Shown in pieces: positions 30,380 through 43,821 of a stretch of DNA of 64,000 bases. The notes below the pieces were generated by a model. It saw only the letters and a list, made by a program, of their open reading frames with translations, was not told the origin of the DNA and made no database searches. The first letter of the stretch is position 1. Every line of letters begins with the position of its first letter. The position numbers and the translations under genes were made by a program. Source of the DNA: Eledone cirrhosa (Eukaryota); contig OZ024742.1 in NCBI GenBank assembly GCA_964016885.1, forward strand, positions 373,178,001 to 373,242,000. Reading direction: 5' to 3'.

Positions 30380-33300
30380 GTAAATCTCTTTCCATATAAA
30401 CTGGAAATCTCTTTCTATAAACTGTAAATCTCATTCTATAAACTGTAAATCTCTTTCTATATAAACTGTAAATCTCATTCTATATAAACTGTAAATCTCA
30501 TTCTATAAACTGTAAATCTCTTTCTATATAAACTGTAAATCTCATTCTATATAAACTGTAAATCTCTTTCTATATAAACTGTAAATCTCATTCTATATAA
30601 GCTGTAAATCTCATTCTATATAAACTGTAAATCTCATTCTATATAAACTGTAAATCCCATTCTATATAAACTGTAAATCCTATTCTATAAACTGTAAATC
30701 TCTTTCTATATAACCTGTAAATCTCTTTCTATATAAACTGTAAATCTCATGCTATAAACTGTAAATCTCATTCTATATAAACTGTAAATCTCTTTCTATA
30801 TAAACTGTAAATCTGATTCTATATAAACTGTAAATCTCATTCTATATAAACTGTGAATCTCATTCTATATAAACTGTATATCTCATTCTATATCAACTGT
30901 AAATCTCATTCGATAAACTGTAAATCTCTTTTTATATAAACTGTAAATCTCATTCTATAAGCTGTAAATCTCTTTCTATATGAACTGTAAATCTCATTCT
31001 ATAAACTGTAAATCTCTTTCTATATAAACTGTAAATCGCATTCTATATAAACTGTAAATCTCTTTCTATATAAACTGTAAATCTCATTCTATAAACTGTA
31101 AATCTCTTTCTATATGAACTGTAAATCTCATAGTATATAAACTGTAAATCTCATTCTATAAACTGTAAATCTCTTTCTATATAAACTGTAAATCTCATTC
31201 TATAAGCTGTAAATCTCTTTCTATATAAACTGTAAATCTCATTCTACATAAACTGTAAATCTCTTTCTATATAAACTGTAAATCTCATTCTATATAAACT
31301 GTAAATCTCATTCTATATAAACTGTAAATCTCATTCTATATAAACTGTAAATCTCATTCTATATAAACTGTAAATCCCATTCTATAAACTGTAAATCTCA
31401 TTCTATATAACCTGTAAATCTCTTTCTATATAAACTGTAAATCTCATGCTATAAACTGTAAATCTCATTCTATATAAACTGTAAATCTCTTTCTATATAA
31501 ACTGTAAATCTCATTCTACATAAACTGTAAATCTCTTTCTATATAAACTGTAAATCTCATTCTATATAAACTGTAAATCTCATTCTATATAAACTGTAAA
31601 TCTCATTCTAAATATACTGTAAATCTCTTTCTAAATAAACTGTAAATATCATTCTATATAAACTGTAAATCTCATGCTATAAACTGTAAATCTCATTCTA
31701 TATAAACTGTAAATCTCTTTCTATATAAACTCTGAATCTGATTCTATATAAACTGTAAATCTCATTCTCTATAAACTGTGAATCTCATTCTATATAAACT
31801 GTATATCTCATTCTATATGAACTGTAAATCTCATTCTATAAGCTGTAAATCTCTTTCTATATAAACTGTAAATCTCATTCTACATAAACTGTAAATCTCT
31901 TTCTATATAAACTGTAAATCTCATTCTATATAGACTGTAAATCTCATTCTATAAACTGTATATCTCATTCTATATAAACTGTAAATCTCATTCGATAAAC
32001 TGTAAATCTCATTCTATATAAACTGGAAATCTCTTTCTATAAACTGTAAATCTCTTTCTATATAAGCTGTAAATCTCATTCTATATAAACTGTAAATCTC
32101 ATTCTATATAAACTGTAAATCTCTTTCTATATAAACTGTAAATCTCATTCTATATAAACTGTAAATCTCATTCTATAAACTGTAAATCTCTTTCTATATA
32201 AACTGTAAATCTCATTCTATATAAACTGTAAATCTCTTTCTATATAAACTGTAAATCTGATTCTATATAAACTGTAAATCTCATTCTATATAAACTGTGA
32301 ATCTCATTCTATATAAACTGTATATCTCATTCTATATCATCTGTAAATCTCATTCGATAAACTGTAAATCTCTTTTTATATAAACTGTAAATCTCATTCT
32401 ATAAGCTGTAAATCTCTTTCTATATAAACTGTAAATCTCATTCTATAAACTGTAAATCTCTTTCTATATAAACTGTAAATCGCATTCTATATAAACTGTA
32501 AATCTCTTTCTATATAAACTGTAAATCTCATTCTATAAACTGTAAATCTCTTTCTATATGAACTGTAAATCTCATAGTATATAAACTGTAAATCTCATTC
32601 TATAAACTGTAAATCTCTTTCTATATAAACTGTAAATCTCATTCTATAAGCTGTAAATCTCTTTCTATATAAACTGTAAATCTCATTCTACATAAACTGT
32701 AAATCTCTTTCTATATAAACTGTAAATCTCATTCTATATAAACTGTAAATCTCATTCTATATAAACTGTAAATATCATTCTATATAAACTGTAAATCTCA
32801 TTCTATATAAACTGTAAATCCCATTCTATAAACTGTAAATCTCATTCTATATAACCTGTAAATCTCTTTCTATATAAACTGTAAATCTCATGCTATAAAC
32901 TGTAAATCTCATTCTATATAAACTGTAAATCTCTTTCTATATAAACTGTAAATCTCATTCTACATAAACTGTAAATCTCTTTCTATATAAACTGGAAATC
33001 TCTTTCTATAAACTGTAAATCTCATTCTATAAACTGTAAATCTCTTTCTATATAAACTGTAAATCTCATTCTATATAAACTGTAAATCTCATTCTATAAA
33101 CTGTAAATCTCTTTCTATATAAACTGTAAATCTCATTCTATATAAACTGTAAATCTCTTTCTATATAAACTGTAAATCTCATTCTATATAAACTGTAAAT
33201 CTCATTCTATATAAACTGTAAATCTCATTCTATATAAACTGTAAATCCCATTCTATATAAACTGTAAATCCCATTCTATAAACTGTAAATCTCTTTCTAT

Positions 33301-35700
33301 ATAACCTGTAAATCTCTTTCTATATAAACTGTAAATCTCATGCTATAAACTGTAAATCTCATTCTATATAAACTGTAAATCTCTTTCTATATAAACTGTA
33401 AATCTGATTCTATATAAACTGTAAATCTCATTCTATATAAACTGTGAATCTCATTCTATATAAACTGTATATCTCATTCTATATCAACTGTAAATCTCAT
33501 TCGATAAACTGTAAATCTCTTTTTATATAAACTGTAAATCTCATTCTATAAGCTGTAAATCTCTTTCTATATGAACTGTAAATCTCATTCTATAAACTGT
33601 AAATCTCTTTCTATATAAACTGTAAATCGCATTCTATATAAACTGTAAATCTCTTTCTATATAAACTGTAAATCTCATTCTATAAACTGTAAATCTCTTT
33701 CTATATGAACTGTAAATCTCATAGTATATAAACTGTAAATCTCATTCTATAAACTGTAAATCTCTTTCTATATAAACTGTAAATCTCATTCTATAAGCTG
33801 TAAATCTCTTTCTATATAAACTGTAAATCTCATTCTACATAAACTGTAAATCTCTTTCTATATAAACTGTAAATCTCATTCTATATAAACTGTAAATCTC
33901 ATTCTATATAAACTGTAAATCTCATTCTATATAAACTGTAAATCTCATTCTATATAAACTGTAAATCCCATTCTATAAACTGTAAATCTCATTCTATATA
34001 ACCTGTAAATCTCTTTCTATATAAACTGTAAATCTCATGCTATAAACTGTAAATCTCATTCTATATAAACTGTAAATCTCTTTCTATATAAACTGTAAAT
34101 CTCATTCTACATAAACTGTAAATCTCTTTCTATATAAACTGTAAATCTCATTCTATATAAACTGTAAATCTCATTCTATATAAACTGTAAATCTCATTCT
34201 AAATATACTGTAAATCTCTTTCTAAATAAACTGTAAATATCATTCTATATAAACTGTAAATCTCATGCTATAAACTGGAAATCTCATTCTATATAAACTG
34301 TAAATCTCTTTCTATATAAACTCTGAATCTGATTCTATATAAACTGTAAATCTCATTCTCTATAAACTGTGAATCTCATTCTATATAAACTGTATATCTC
34401 ATTCTATATGAACTGTAAATCTCATTCTATAAGCTGTAAATCTCTTTCTATATAAACTGTAAATCTCATTCTACATAAACTGTAAATCTCTTTCTATATA
34501 AACTGTAAATCTCATTCTATATTGACTGTAAATCTCATTCTATAAACTGTATATCTCATTCTATATAAACTGTAAATCTCATTCGATAAACTGTAAATCT
34601 CATTCTATATAAACTGGAAATCTCTTTCTATAAACTGTAAATCTCTTTCTATATAAACTGTAAATCTCATTCTACATAAACTGTAAATCTCTTTCTATAT
34701 AAACTGTAAATTTCATTCTATATAAACTGTAAATCTCATTCTATATAAACTGTAAATCTCATTCTATATAAACTGTAAATCTCTTTCTAAATAAACTGTA
34801 AATCTCATTCTATATAAGCTGTAAATCTCATTCTATATAAACTGTAAATCTCATTCTATATAAACTGTAAATCTCTTTCTATATAAACTGTAAATCTCAT
34901 TCTATATAAACTGTAAATCTCATTCTATAAACTGTAAATCTCTTTCTATATAAACTGTAAATCTCATTCTATATAAACTGTAAATCTCTTTCTATATAAA
35001 CTGTAAATCTGATTCTATATAAACTGTAAATCTCATTCTATATAAACTGTGAATCTCATTCTATATAAACTGTATATCTCATTCTATATCAACTGTAAAT
35101 CTCATTCGATAAACTGTAAATCTCTTTTTATATAAACTGTAAATCTCATTCTATAAGCTGTAAATCTCTTTCTATATAAACTGTAAATCTCATTCTATAA
35201 ACTGTAAATCTCTTTCTATATAAACTGTAAATCGCATTCTATATAAACTGTAAATCTCTTTCTATATAAACTGTAAATCTCATTCTATAAACTGTAAATC
35301 TCTTTCTATATGAACTGTAAATCTCATAGTATATAAACTGTAAATCTCATTCTATAAACTGTAAATCTCTTTCTATATAAACTGTAAATCTCATTCTATA
35401 AGCTGTAAATCTCTTTCTATATAAACTGTAAATCTCATTCTACATAAACTGTAAATCTCTTTCTATATAAACTGTAAATCTCATTCTATATAAACTGTAA
35501 ATCTCATTCTATATAAACTGTAAATATCATTCTATATAAACTGTAAATCTCATTCTATATAAACTGTAAATCCCATTCTATAAACTGTAAATCTCATTCT
35601 ATATAACCTGTAAATCTCTTTCTATATAAACTGTAAATCTCATGCTATAAACTGTAAATCTCATTCTATATAAACTGTAAATCTCTTTCTATATAAACTG
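30380..35700. repeat. Tandem duplication with a ~2,591-bp period in array A
   Basis: Offset 2,591: CTGGAAAT 30,401/32,992; TTTCTATATGAAC (G) 30,982/33,573; TAGACTGTA vs TTGACTGTA (G) 31,933/34,524. The offset later becomes 2,752 (+161 = 7x23). Confidence 0.75.
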
Positions 35701-38700
35701 TAAATCTCATTCTACATAAACTGTAAATCTCTTTCTATATAAACTGTAAATCTCATTCTATATAAACTGTAAATCTCATTCTATATAAACTGTAAATCTC
35801 ATTCTAAATATACTGTAAATCTCTTTCTAAATAAACTGTAAATATCATTCTATATAAACTGTAAATCTCATGCTATAAACTGTAAATCTCATTCTATATA
35901 AACTGTAAATCTCTTTCTATATAAACTCTGAATCTGATTCTATATAAACTGTAAATCTCATTCTCTATAAACTGTGAATTTCATTCTATATAAACTGTAT
36001 ATCTCATTCTATATGAACTGTAAATCTCATTCTATAAGCTGTAAATCTCTTTCTATATAAACTGTAAATCTCATTCTACATAAACTGTAAATCTCTTTCT
36101 ATATAAACTGTAAATCTCATTCTATATAAACTGTAAATCTCATTCTATAAACTGTATATCTCATTCTATATAAACTGTAAATCTCATTCGATAAACTGTA
36201 AATCTCATTCTATATAAACTGGAAATCTCTTTCTATAAACTGTAAATCTCTTTCTATATAAACTGTAAATCTCATTCTACATAAACTGTAAATCTCTTTC
36301 TATATAAACTGTAAATTTCATTCTATATAAACTGTAAATCTCATTCTATATAAACTGTAAATCTCATTCTATATCAACTGTAAATCTCTTTCTAAATAAA
36401 CTGTAAATCTCATTCTATATAAGCTGTAAATCTCATTCTATATAAACTGTAAATCTCATTCTATATAAACTGTAAATCTCTTTCTATATAAACTGTAAAT
36501 CTCATTCTATATAAACTGTAAATCTCATTCTATAAACTGTAAATCTCTTTCTATATAAACTGTAAATCTCATTCTATATAAACTGTAAATCTCATTCTAT
36601 ATAAACTGTAAATCTCATTCTATATAAACTGTAAATCTCATTCTATAAACTGTAAATCTCATTCTATATGAACTGTAAATCTCATTCTATAAATTGTAAA
36701 GCTCTTTCTATATACACTGTTAATCTCATTCTACATAAACTGTCAATCTCATTCTATATAAACTGTAAATCTAATTCTATATAAACTGTAAATCTCATTC
36801 TATATAAACTGTAAATATCTTTCTATATAAACTGTAAATCTCATTCTATATAAACTGTAAATCCCATTCTATAAACTGTAAATCTCTTTCTATATAACCT
36901 GTAAATCTCTTTCTATATAAACTGTAAATCTCATGCTATAAACTGTAAATCTCATTCTATATAAACTGTAAATCTCTTTCTATATAAACTCTGAATCTGA
37001 TTCTATATAAACTGTAAATCTCATTCTCTATAAACTGTGAATCTCATTCTATATAAACTGTATATCTCATTCTATATGAACTGTAAATCTCATTCGATAA
37101 ACTGTAAATCTGTTTTTATACAAACTGTAAATCTCATTCTATATAAACTGTAAATCTCTTTCTATATAAACTGTAAATCTCATTCTATAAACTGTAAATC
37201 TCTTTCTATATAAACTGTAAATCTCATTCTATATAAACTGTAAATCTCATTCTATAAACTGTAAATCTCTTTCTATATAAACTGTAAATCTCATTCTACA
37301 TAAACTGTAAATCTCTTTCTATATAAACTGTAAATCTCATTCTATATAAACTGTAAATCTCATTCTATATAAACTGTAAATCTCATTCTATATAAACTGT
37401 AAATATCTTTCTAAATAAACTGTAAATCTCATTCTGTATAGACTGTGAATCTCATTCTATATAAACTGTAAATCTCACTCTATATAAACTGTAAATCTCA
37501 TTCGATAAACTGTAAATCTCTTTTTATATAAACTGTAAATCTCATTCTATATGAACTGGAAATCTCTTTCTATAAACTGTAAATCTCATTCTATAAACTG
37601 TAAATTTATTTCTATATAAACTGTAAATCTCATTCTATATAAACTGTAAACCTCATTCTATAAACTGTAAATCTCTTTCTATATAAACTGTAAATCTCTT
37701 TCTATATAAACTGTAAATCTCATTCTATATAAACTGTAAATCTCATTCTATATAAACTGTAAATCTCATTCTATATAAACTGTAAATCTCATTCTATATA
37801 AACTGTAAATCCCATTCTATAAACTGTAAATCTCTTTCTATATAACCTGTAAATCTCTTTCTATATAAACTGTAAATCTCATGCTATAAACTGTAAATCT
37901 CATTCTATATAAACTGTAAATCTCTTTCTATATAAACTGTAAATCTCATTCTATATAAACTGTAAATCTCATTCTATATAAACTGTGAATCTCATTCTAT
38001 ATAAACTGTATATCTCATTCTATATAAACTGTAAATCTCATTCGATAAACTGTAAATCTCATTCTATATAAACTGTAAATCCCATTCTATAAACTGTAAA
38101 TCTCTTTCTATATAACCTGTAAATCTCATTCTATATAAACTGTAAATCTCATTCTATAAACTGTAAATCTCTTTCTATATACACTGTTAATCTCATTCTA
38201 CATAAACTGTCAATCTCATTCTATATAAACTGTAAATCTAATTCTATATAAACTGTAAATCTCATTCTCTATAAACTGTAAATCTCTTTCTATATAAACT
38301 GTAAATATCATTCTATATAAACTGTAAATCCCATTCTATAAACTGTAAATCTCTTTCTATATAACCTGTAAATCTCTTTCTATACAAACTGTAAATCTCA
38401 TGCTATAAACTGTAAATCTCATTCTATATAAACTGTAAATCTCTTTCTATATAAACTCTGAATCTGATTCTATATAAACTGTAAATCTCATTCTCTATAA
38501 ACTGTGCATCTCATTCTATATAAACTGTATATCTCATTCTATATGAACTGTAAATCTCATTCGATAAACTGTAAATCTGTTTTTATATAAACTGTAAATC
38601 TCATTCTATATAAACTGTAAATCTCTTTCTATATAAACTGTAAATCTCATTCTATAAACTGTAAATCTCTTTCTATATAAACTGTAAATCTCATTCTATA

Positions 38701-41700
38701 TAAACTGTAAATCTCATTCTATAAACTGTAAATCTCTTTCTATATAAACTGTAAATCTCATTCTACATAAACTGTAAATCTCATTCTATATAAACTGTAA
38801 ATCTCATTCTACATAAACTGTAAATCTCATTCTATATAAACTGTAAATCTCATTCTATATAAACTGTAAATCTCTTTCTAAATAAACTGTAAATCTCATT
38901 CTATATAGACTGTGAATCTCATTCTATATAAACTGTAAATCTCACTCTATATAAACTGTAAATCTCATTCGATAAACTGTAAATCTCTTTTTATATAAAC
39001 TGTAAATCTCATTCTATATAAACTGGAAATCTCTTTCTATAAACTGTAAATCTCATTCTATAAACTGTAAATCTCTTTCTATATAAACTGTAAATCTCAT
39101 TCTATATAAACTGTAAATCTCATTCTATAAACTGTAAATCTCTTTCTATATAAACTGTAAATCTCATTCTATATAAACTGTAAATCTCTTTCTATATAAA
39201 CTGTAAATCTCATTCTATATAAACTGTAAATCTCATTCTATATAAACTGTAAATCTCATTCTATATAAACTGTAAATCCCATTCTATATAAACTGTAAAT
39301 CCCATTCTATAAACTGTAAATCTCTTTCTATATAACCTGTAAATCTCTTTCTATATAAACTGTAAATCTCATGCTATAAACTGTAAATCTCATTCTATAT
39401 AAACTGTAAATCTCTTTCTATATAAACTGTAAATCTGATTCTATATAAACTGTAAATCTCATTCTATATAAACTGTGAATCTCATTCTATATAAACTGTA
39501 TATCTCATTCTATATCAACTGTAAATCTCATTCGATAAACTGTAAATCTCTTTTTATATAAACTGTAAATCTCATTCTATAAGCTGTAAATCTCTTTCTA
39601 TATAAACTGTAAATCTCATTCTATAAACTGTAAATCTCTTTCTATATAAACTGTAAATCGCATTCTATATAAACTGTAAATCTCTTTCTATATAAACTGT
39701 AAATCTCATTCTATAAACTGTAAATCTCTTTCTATATGAACTGTAAATCTCATAGTATATAAAGTGTAAATCTCATTCTATAAACTGTAAATCTCTTTCT
39801 ATATAAACTGTAAATCTCATTCTATAAGCTGTAAATCTCTTTCTATATAAACTGTAAATCTCATTCTACATAAACTGTAAATCTCTTTCTATATAAACTG
39901 TAAATCTCATTCTATATAAACTGTAAATCTCATTCTATATAAACTGTAAATCTCATTCTATATAAACTGTAAATCTCATTCTATATAAACTGTAAATCCC
40001 ATTCTATAAACTGTAAATCTCATTCTATATAACCTGTAAATCTTTTTCTATATAAACTGTAAATCTCATGCTATAAACTGTAAATCTCATTCTATATAAA
40101 CTGTAAATCTCTTTCTATATAAACTGTAAATCTCATTCTACATAAACTGTAAATCTCTTTCTATATAAACTGTAAATCTCATTCTATATAAACTGTAAAT
40201 CTCATTCTATATAAACTGTAAATCTCATTCTAAATATTCTGTAAATCTCTTTCTAAATAAACTGTAAATATCATTCTATATAAACTGTAAATCTCATGCT
40301 ATAAACTGTAAATCTCATTCTATATAAACTGTAAATCTCTTTCTATATAAACTCTGAATCTGATTCTATATAAACTGTAAATCTCATTCTCTATAAACTG
40401 TGAATCTCATTCTATATAAACTGTATATCTCATTCTATATGAACTGTAAATCTCATTCTATAAGCTGTAAATCTCTTTCTATATAAACTGTAAATCTCAT
40501 TCTACATAAACTGTAAATCTCTTTCTATATAAACTGTAAATCTCATTCTATATAAACTGTAAATCTCATTCTATAAACTGTATATCTCATTCTATATAAA
40601 CTGTAAATCTCATTCGATAAACTGTAAATCTCATTCTATATAAACTGGAAATCTCTTTCTATAAACTGTAAATCTCTTTCTATATAAACTGTAAATCTCA
40701 TTCTATATAAACTGTAAATCTCATTCTATATAAACTGTAAATCTCTTTCTAAATAAACTGTAAATTTCATTCTATATAAGCTGTAAATCTCATTCTATAT
40801 AAACTGTAAATCTCATTCTATATAAACTGTAAATCTCTTTCTATATAAACTGTAAATCTCATTCTATATAAACTGTAAATCTCATTCTATAAACTGTAAA
40901 TCTCTTTCTATATAAACTGTAAATCTCATTCTATATAAACTGTAAATCTCATTCTATATAAACTGTAAATCTCATTCTATATAAACTGTAAATCTCATTC
41001 TATAAACTGTAAATCTCATTCTATATGAACTGTAAATCTCATTCTATAAATTGTAAAGCTCTTTCTATATACACTGTTAATCTCATTCTACATAAACTGT
41101 CAATCTCATTCTATATAAACTGTAAATCTAATTCTATATAAACTGTAAATCTCATTCTATATAAACTGTAAATATCTTTCTATATAAACTGTAAATCTCA
41201 TTCTATATAAACTGTAAATCCCATTCTATAAACTGTAAATCTCTTTCTATATAACCTGTAAATCTCTTTCTATATAAACTGTAAATCTCATGCTATAAAC
41301 TGTAAATCTCATTCTGTATAAACTGTAAATCTCTTTCTATATAAACTGTAAATCTGATTCTATATAAACTTTAAATCTCATTCTATATAAACTGTGAATC
41401 TCATTCTATATAAACTGTATATCTCATTCTATATAAACTGTAAATCTCATTCAATAAACTGTAAATCTCTTTTTATATAAACTGTAAATCTCATTCTGTA
41501 TAAACTGGAAATCTCTTTCTATAAACTGTAAATCTCATTCTATAAACTGTAAATCTCTTTCTATATAAACTGTAAATCTCATTCTATATAAACTGTAAAT
41601 CTCATTCTATAAACTGTAAATCTCATTCTAAATATACTGTAAATCTCTTTGTAAATAAACTGTAAATATCATTCTATATAAACTGTAAATCTCATTCTAT

Positions 41701-43167
41701 ATAAACTGTAAATCTCATTCTATATAAACTGTAAATCCCATTCTATATAAACTGTAAATCCCATTCTATAAACTATAAATCTCTTTCTATATAACCTGTA
41801 AATCTCTTTCTATATAAACTGTAAATCTCATGCTATAAACTGTAAATCTCATTCTATATAAACTGTAAATCTCTTTCTATATAAACTGTAAATCTGATTC
41901 TATATAAACTGTAAATCTCATTCTATATAAACTGTGAATCTCATTCTATATAAACTGTATATCTCATTCTATATCAACTGTAAATCTCATTCGATAAACT
42001 GTAAATCTCTTTTTATATAAACTGTAAATCTCATTCTATAAGCTGTAAATCTCTTTCTATATAAACTGTAAATCTCATTCTATAAACTGTAAATCTCTTT
42101 CTATATAAACTGTAAATCGCATTCTATATAAACTGTAAATCTCTTTCTATATAAACTGTAAATCTCATTCTATAAACTGTAAATCTCTTTCTATATGAAC
42201 TGTAAATCGCATAGTATATAAAGTGTAAATCTCATTCTATAAACTGTAAATCTCTTTCTATATAAACTGTAAATCTCATTCTATAAGCTGTAAATCTCTT
42301 TCTATATAAACTGTAAATCTCATTCTACATAAACTGTAAATCTCTTTCTATATAAACTGTAAATCTCATTCTATATAAACTGTAAATCTCATTCTATATA
42401 AACTGTAAATCTCATTCTATATAAACTGTAAATCTCATTCTATATAAACTGTAAATCCCATTCTATAAACTGTAAATCTCATTCTATATAACCTGTAAAT
42501 CTCTTTCTATATAAACTGTAAATCTCATGCTATAAACTGTAAATCTCATTCTATATAAACTGTAAATCTCTTTCTATATAAACTGTAAATCTCATTCTAC
42601 ATAAGCTGTAAATCTCTTTCTATATAAACTGTAAATCTCATTCTATATAAACTGTAAATCTCATTCTATATAAACTGTAAATCTCATTCTAAATATACTG
42701 TAAATCTCTTTCTAAATAAACTGTAAATATCATTCTATATAAACTGTAAATCTCATGCTATAAACTGTAAATCTCATTCTATATAAACTGTAAATCTCTT
42801 TCTATATAAACTCTGAATCTGATTCTATATAAACTGTAAATCTCATTCTCTATAAACTGTGAATCTCATTCTATATAAACTGTATATCTCATTCTATATG
42901 AACTGTAAATCTCATTCTATAAGCTGTAAATCTCTTTCTATATAAACTGTAAATCTCATTCTACATAAACTGTAAATCTCTTTCTATATAAACTGTAAAT
43001 CTCATTCTATATAAACTGTAAATCTCATTCTATAAACTGTATATCTCATTCTATATAAACTGTAAATCTCATTCGATAAACTGTAAATCTCATTCTATAT
43101 AAACTGGAAATCTCTTTCTATAAACTGTAAATCTCTTTCTATATAAACTGTAAATCTCATTCTACAT

Positions 43168-43200
43168 AAACTGTAAATCTCTAAATACATAAACATACCT
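43168..43200. other. Direct junction between satellite A and satellite B
   Basis: Sequence reads AAACTGTAAATCTCTAAATACAT (a last, degenerate 23-bp A monomer with TTC->AAA), then AAAC, then ATACCT-CTCATAGTCCCACAAG (B). No intervening unique DNA. Confidence 0.95.
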
Positions 43201-43821
43201 CTCATAGTCCCACAAGCCACATACCTCTCATAGTCCAACACGCCACATATTAGTTTGATAGTCCCACAAGCCACATACCTCTGATAGTCCCACAAACCAC
43301 ATACCTCTGATAGTTCCACAAGCCACATACCTCTGATAGTCCCACAAGTCACATACCTCTGATAGTCCCACAAGCCACATATTAGTCTGATAGTCTTACA
43401 AGCCACATACCTCTGATAGTCCCACAAGCCACATACCTCTAGTAGTCCCACAAGTCACATACCTCTGATAGTCCCACAAGTCACATACCTCTGATAGTCC
43501 CACAAGCCACATATTAGTCTGATAGTCCCACACGTCACATACCTGTGATAGTCCCACAAGCCACATATTAGTCTGATAGTCCCACAAGTCACATACCTTT
43601 GATTGTCCCACAAGCCACATATTAATCTGATAGTCCCACAAGCCACATACCTCTGATAGTCCCACAAGCCACATATTAGTCTGATAGTCCCACAAGCCAC
43701 ATACCCCTGATAGTCCCACAAGCCACATACCTCTGATAGTCCCACAAGCCACATACCTCTGATAGTCCCACAAGCCACATACCTCTGATAGTCCCACAAG
43801 TCACATACCTCTGATAGTCCT

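Larger units (their letters stand above)
1..43192. repeat. Satellite array A: 23-bp/21-bp AT-rich tandem repeat, consensus AAACTGTAAATCTC(A/T)TTCTATAT; roughly 1,900 monomers; runs off the left edge
   Basis: Uninterrupted head-to-tail monomers in one orientation. Two common polymorphisms: CTCATT vs CTCTTT, and CTATATAAA (23 bp) vs CTATAAA (21 bp). Consensus is 5/23 G+C with a single G on the + strand. Copy number is an estimate (length / ~22.5). Confidence 0.99.

Noticed and set aside
1-43192. Functional promoters at the TATATAAA motifs
   Set aside because: The motif is simply part of every monomer, with no downstream gene or unique sequence.
1-43192. Phased A-tract curvature or nucleosome-length periodicity
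   Set aside because: A-runs are only 3 bp and are spaced 7 and 14-16 bp rather than ~10.5. I could not see a regular 150-180 bp multimer.
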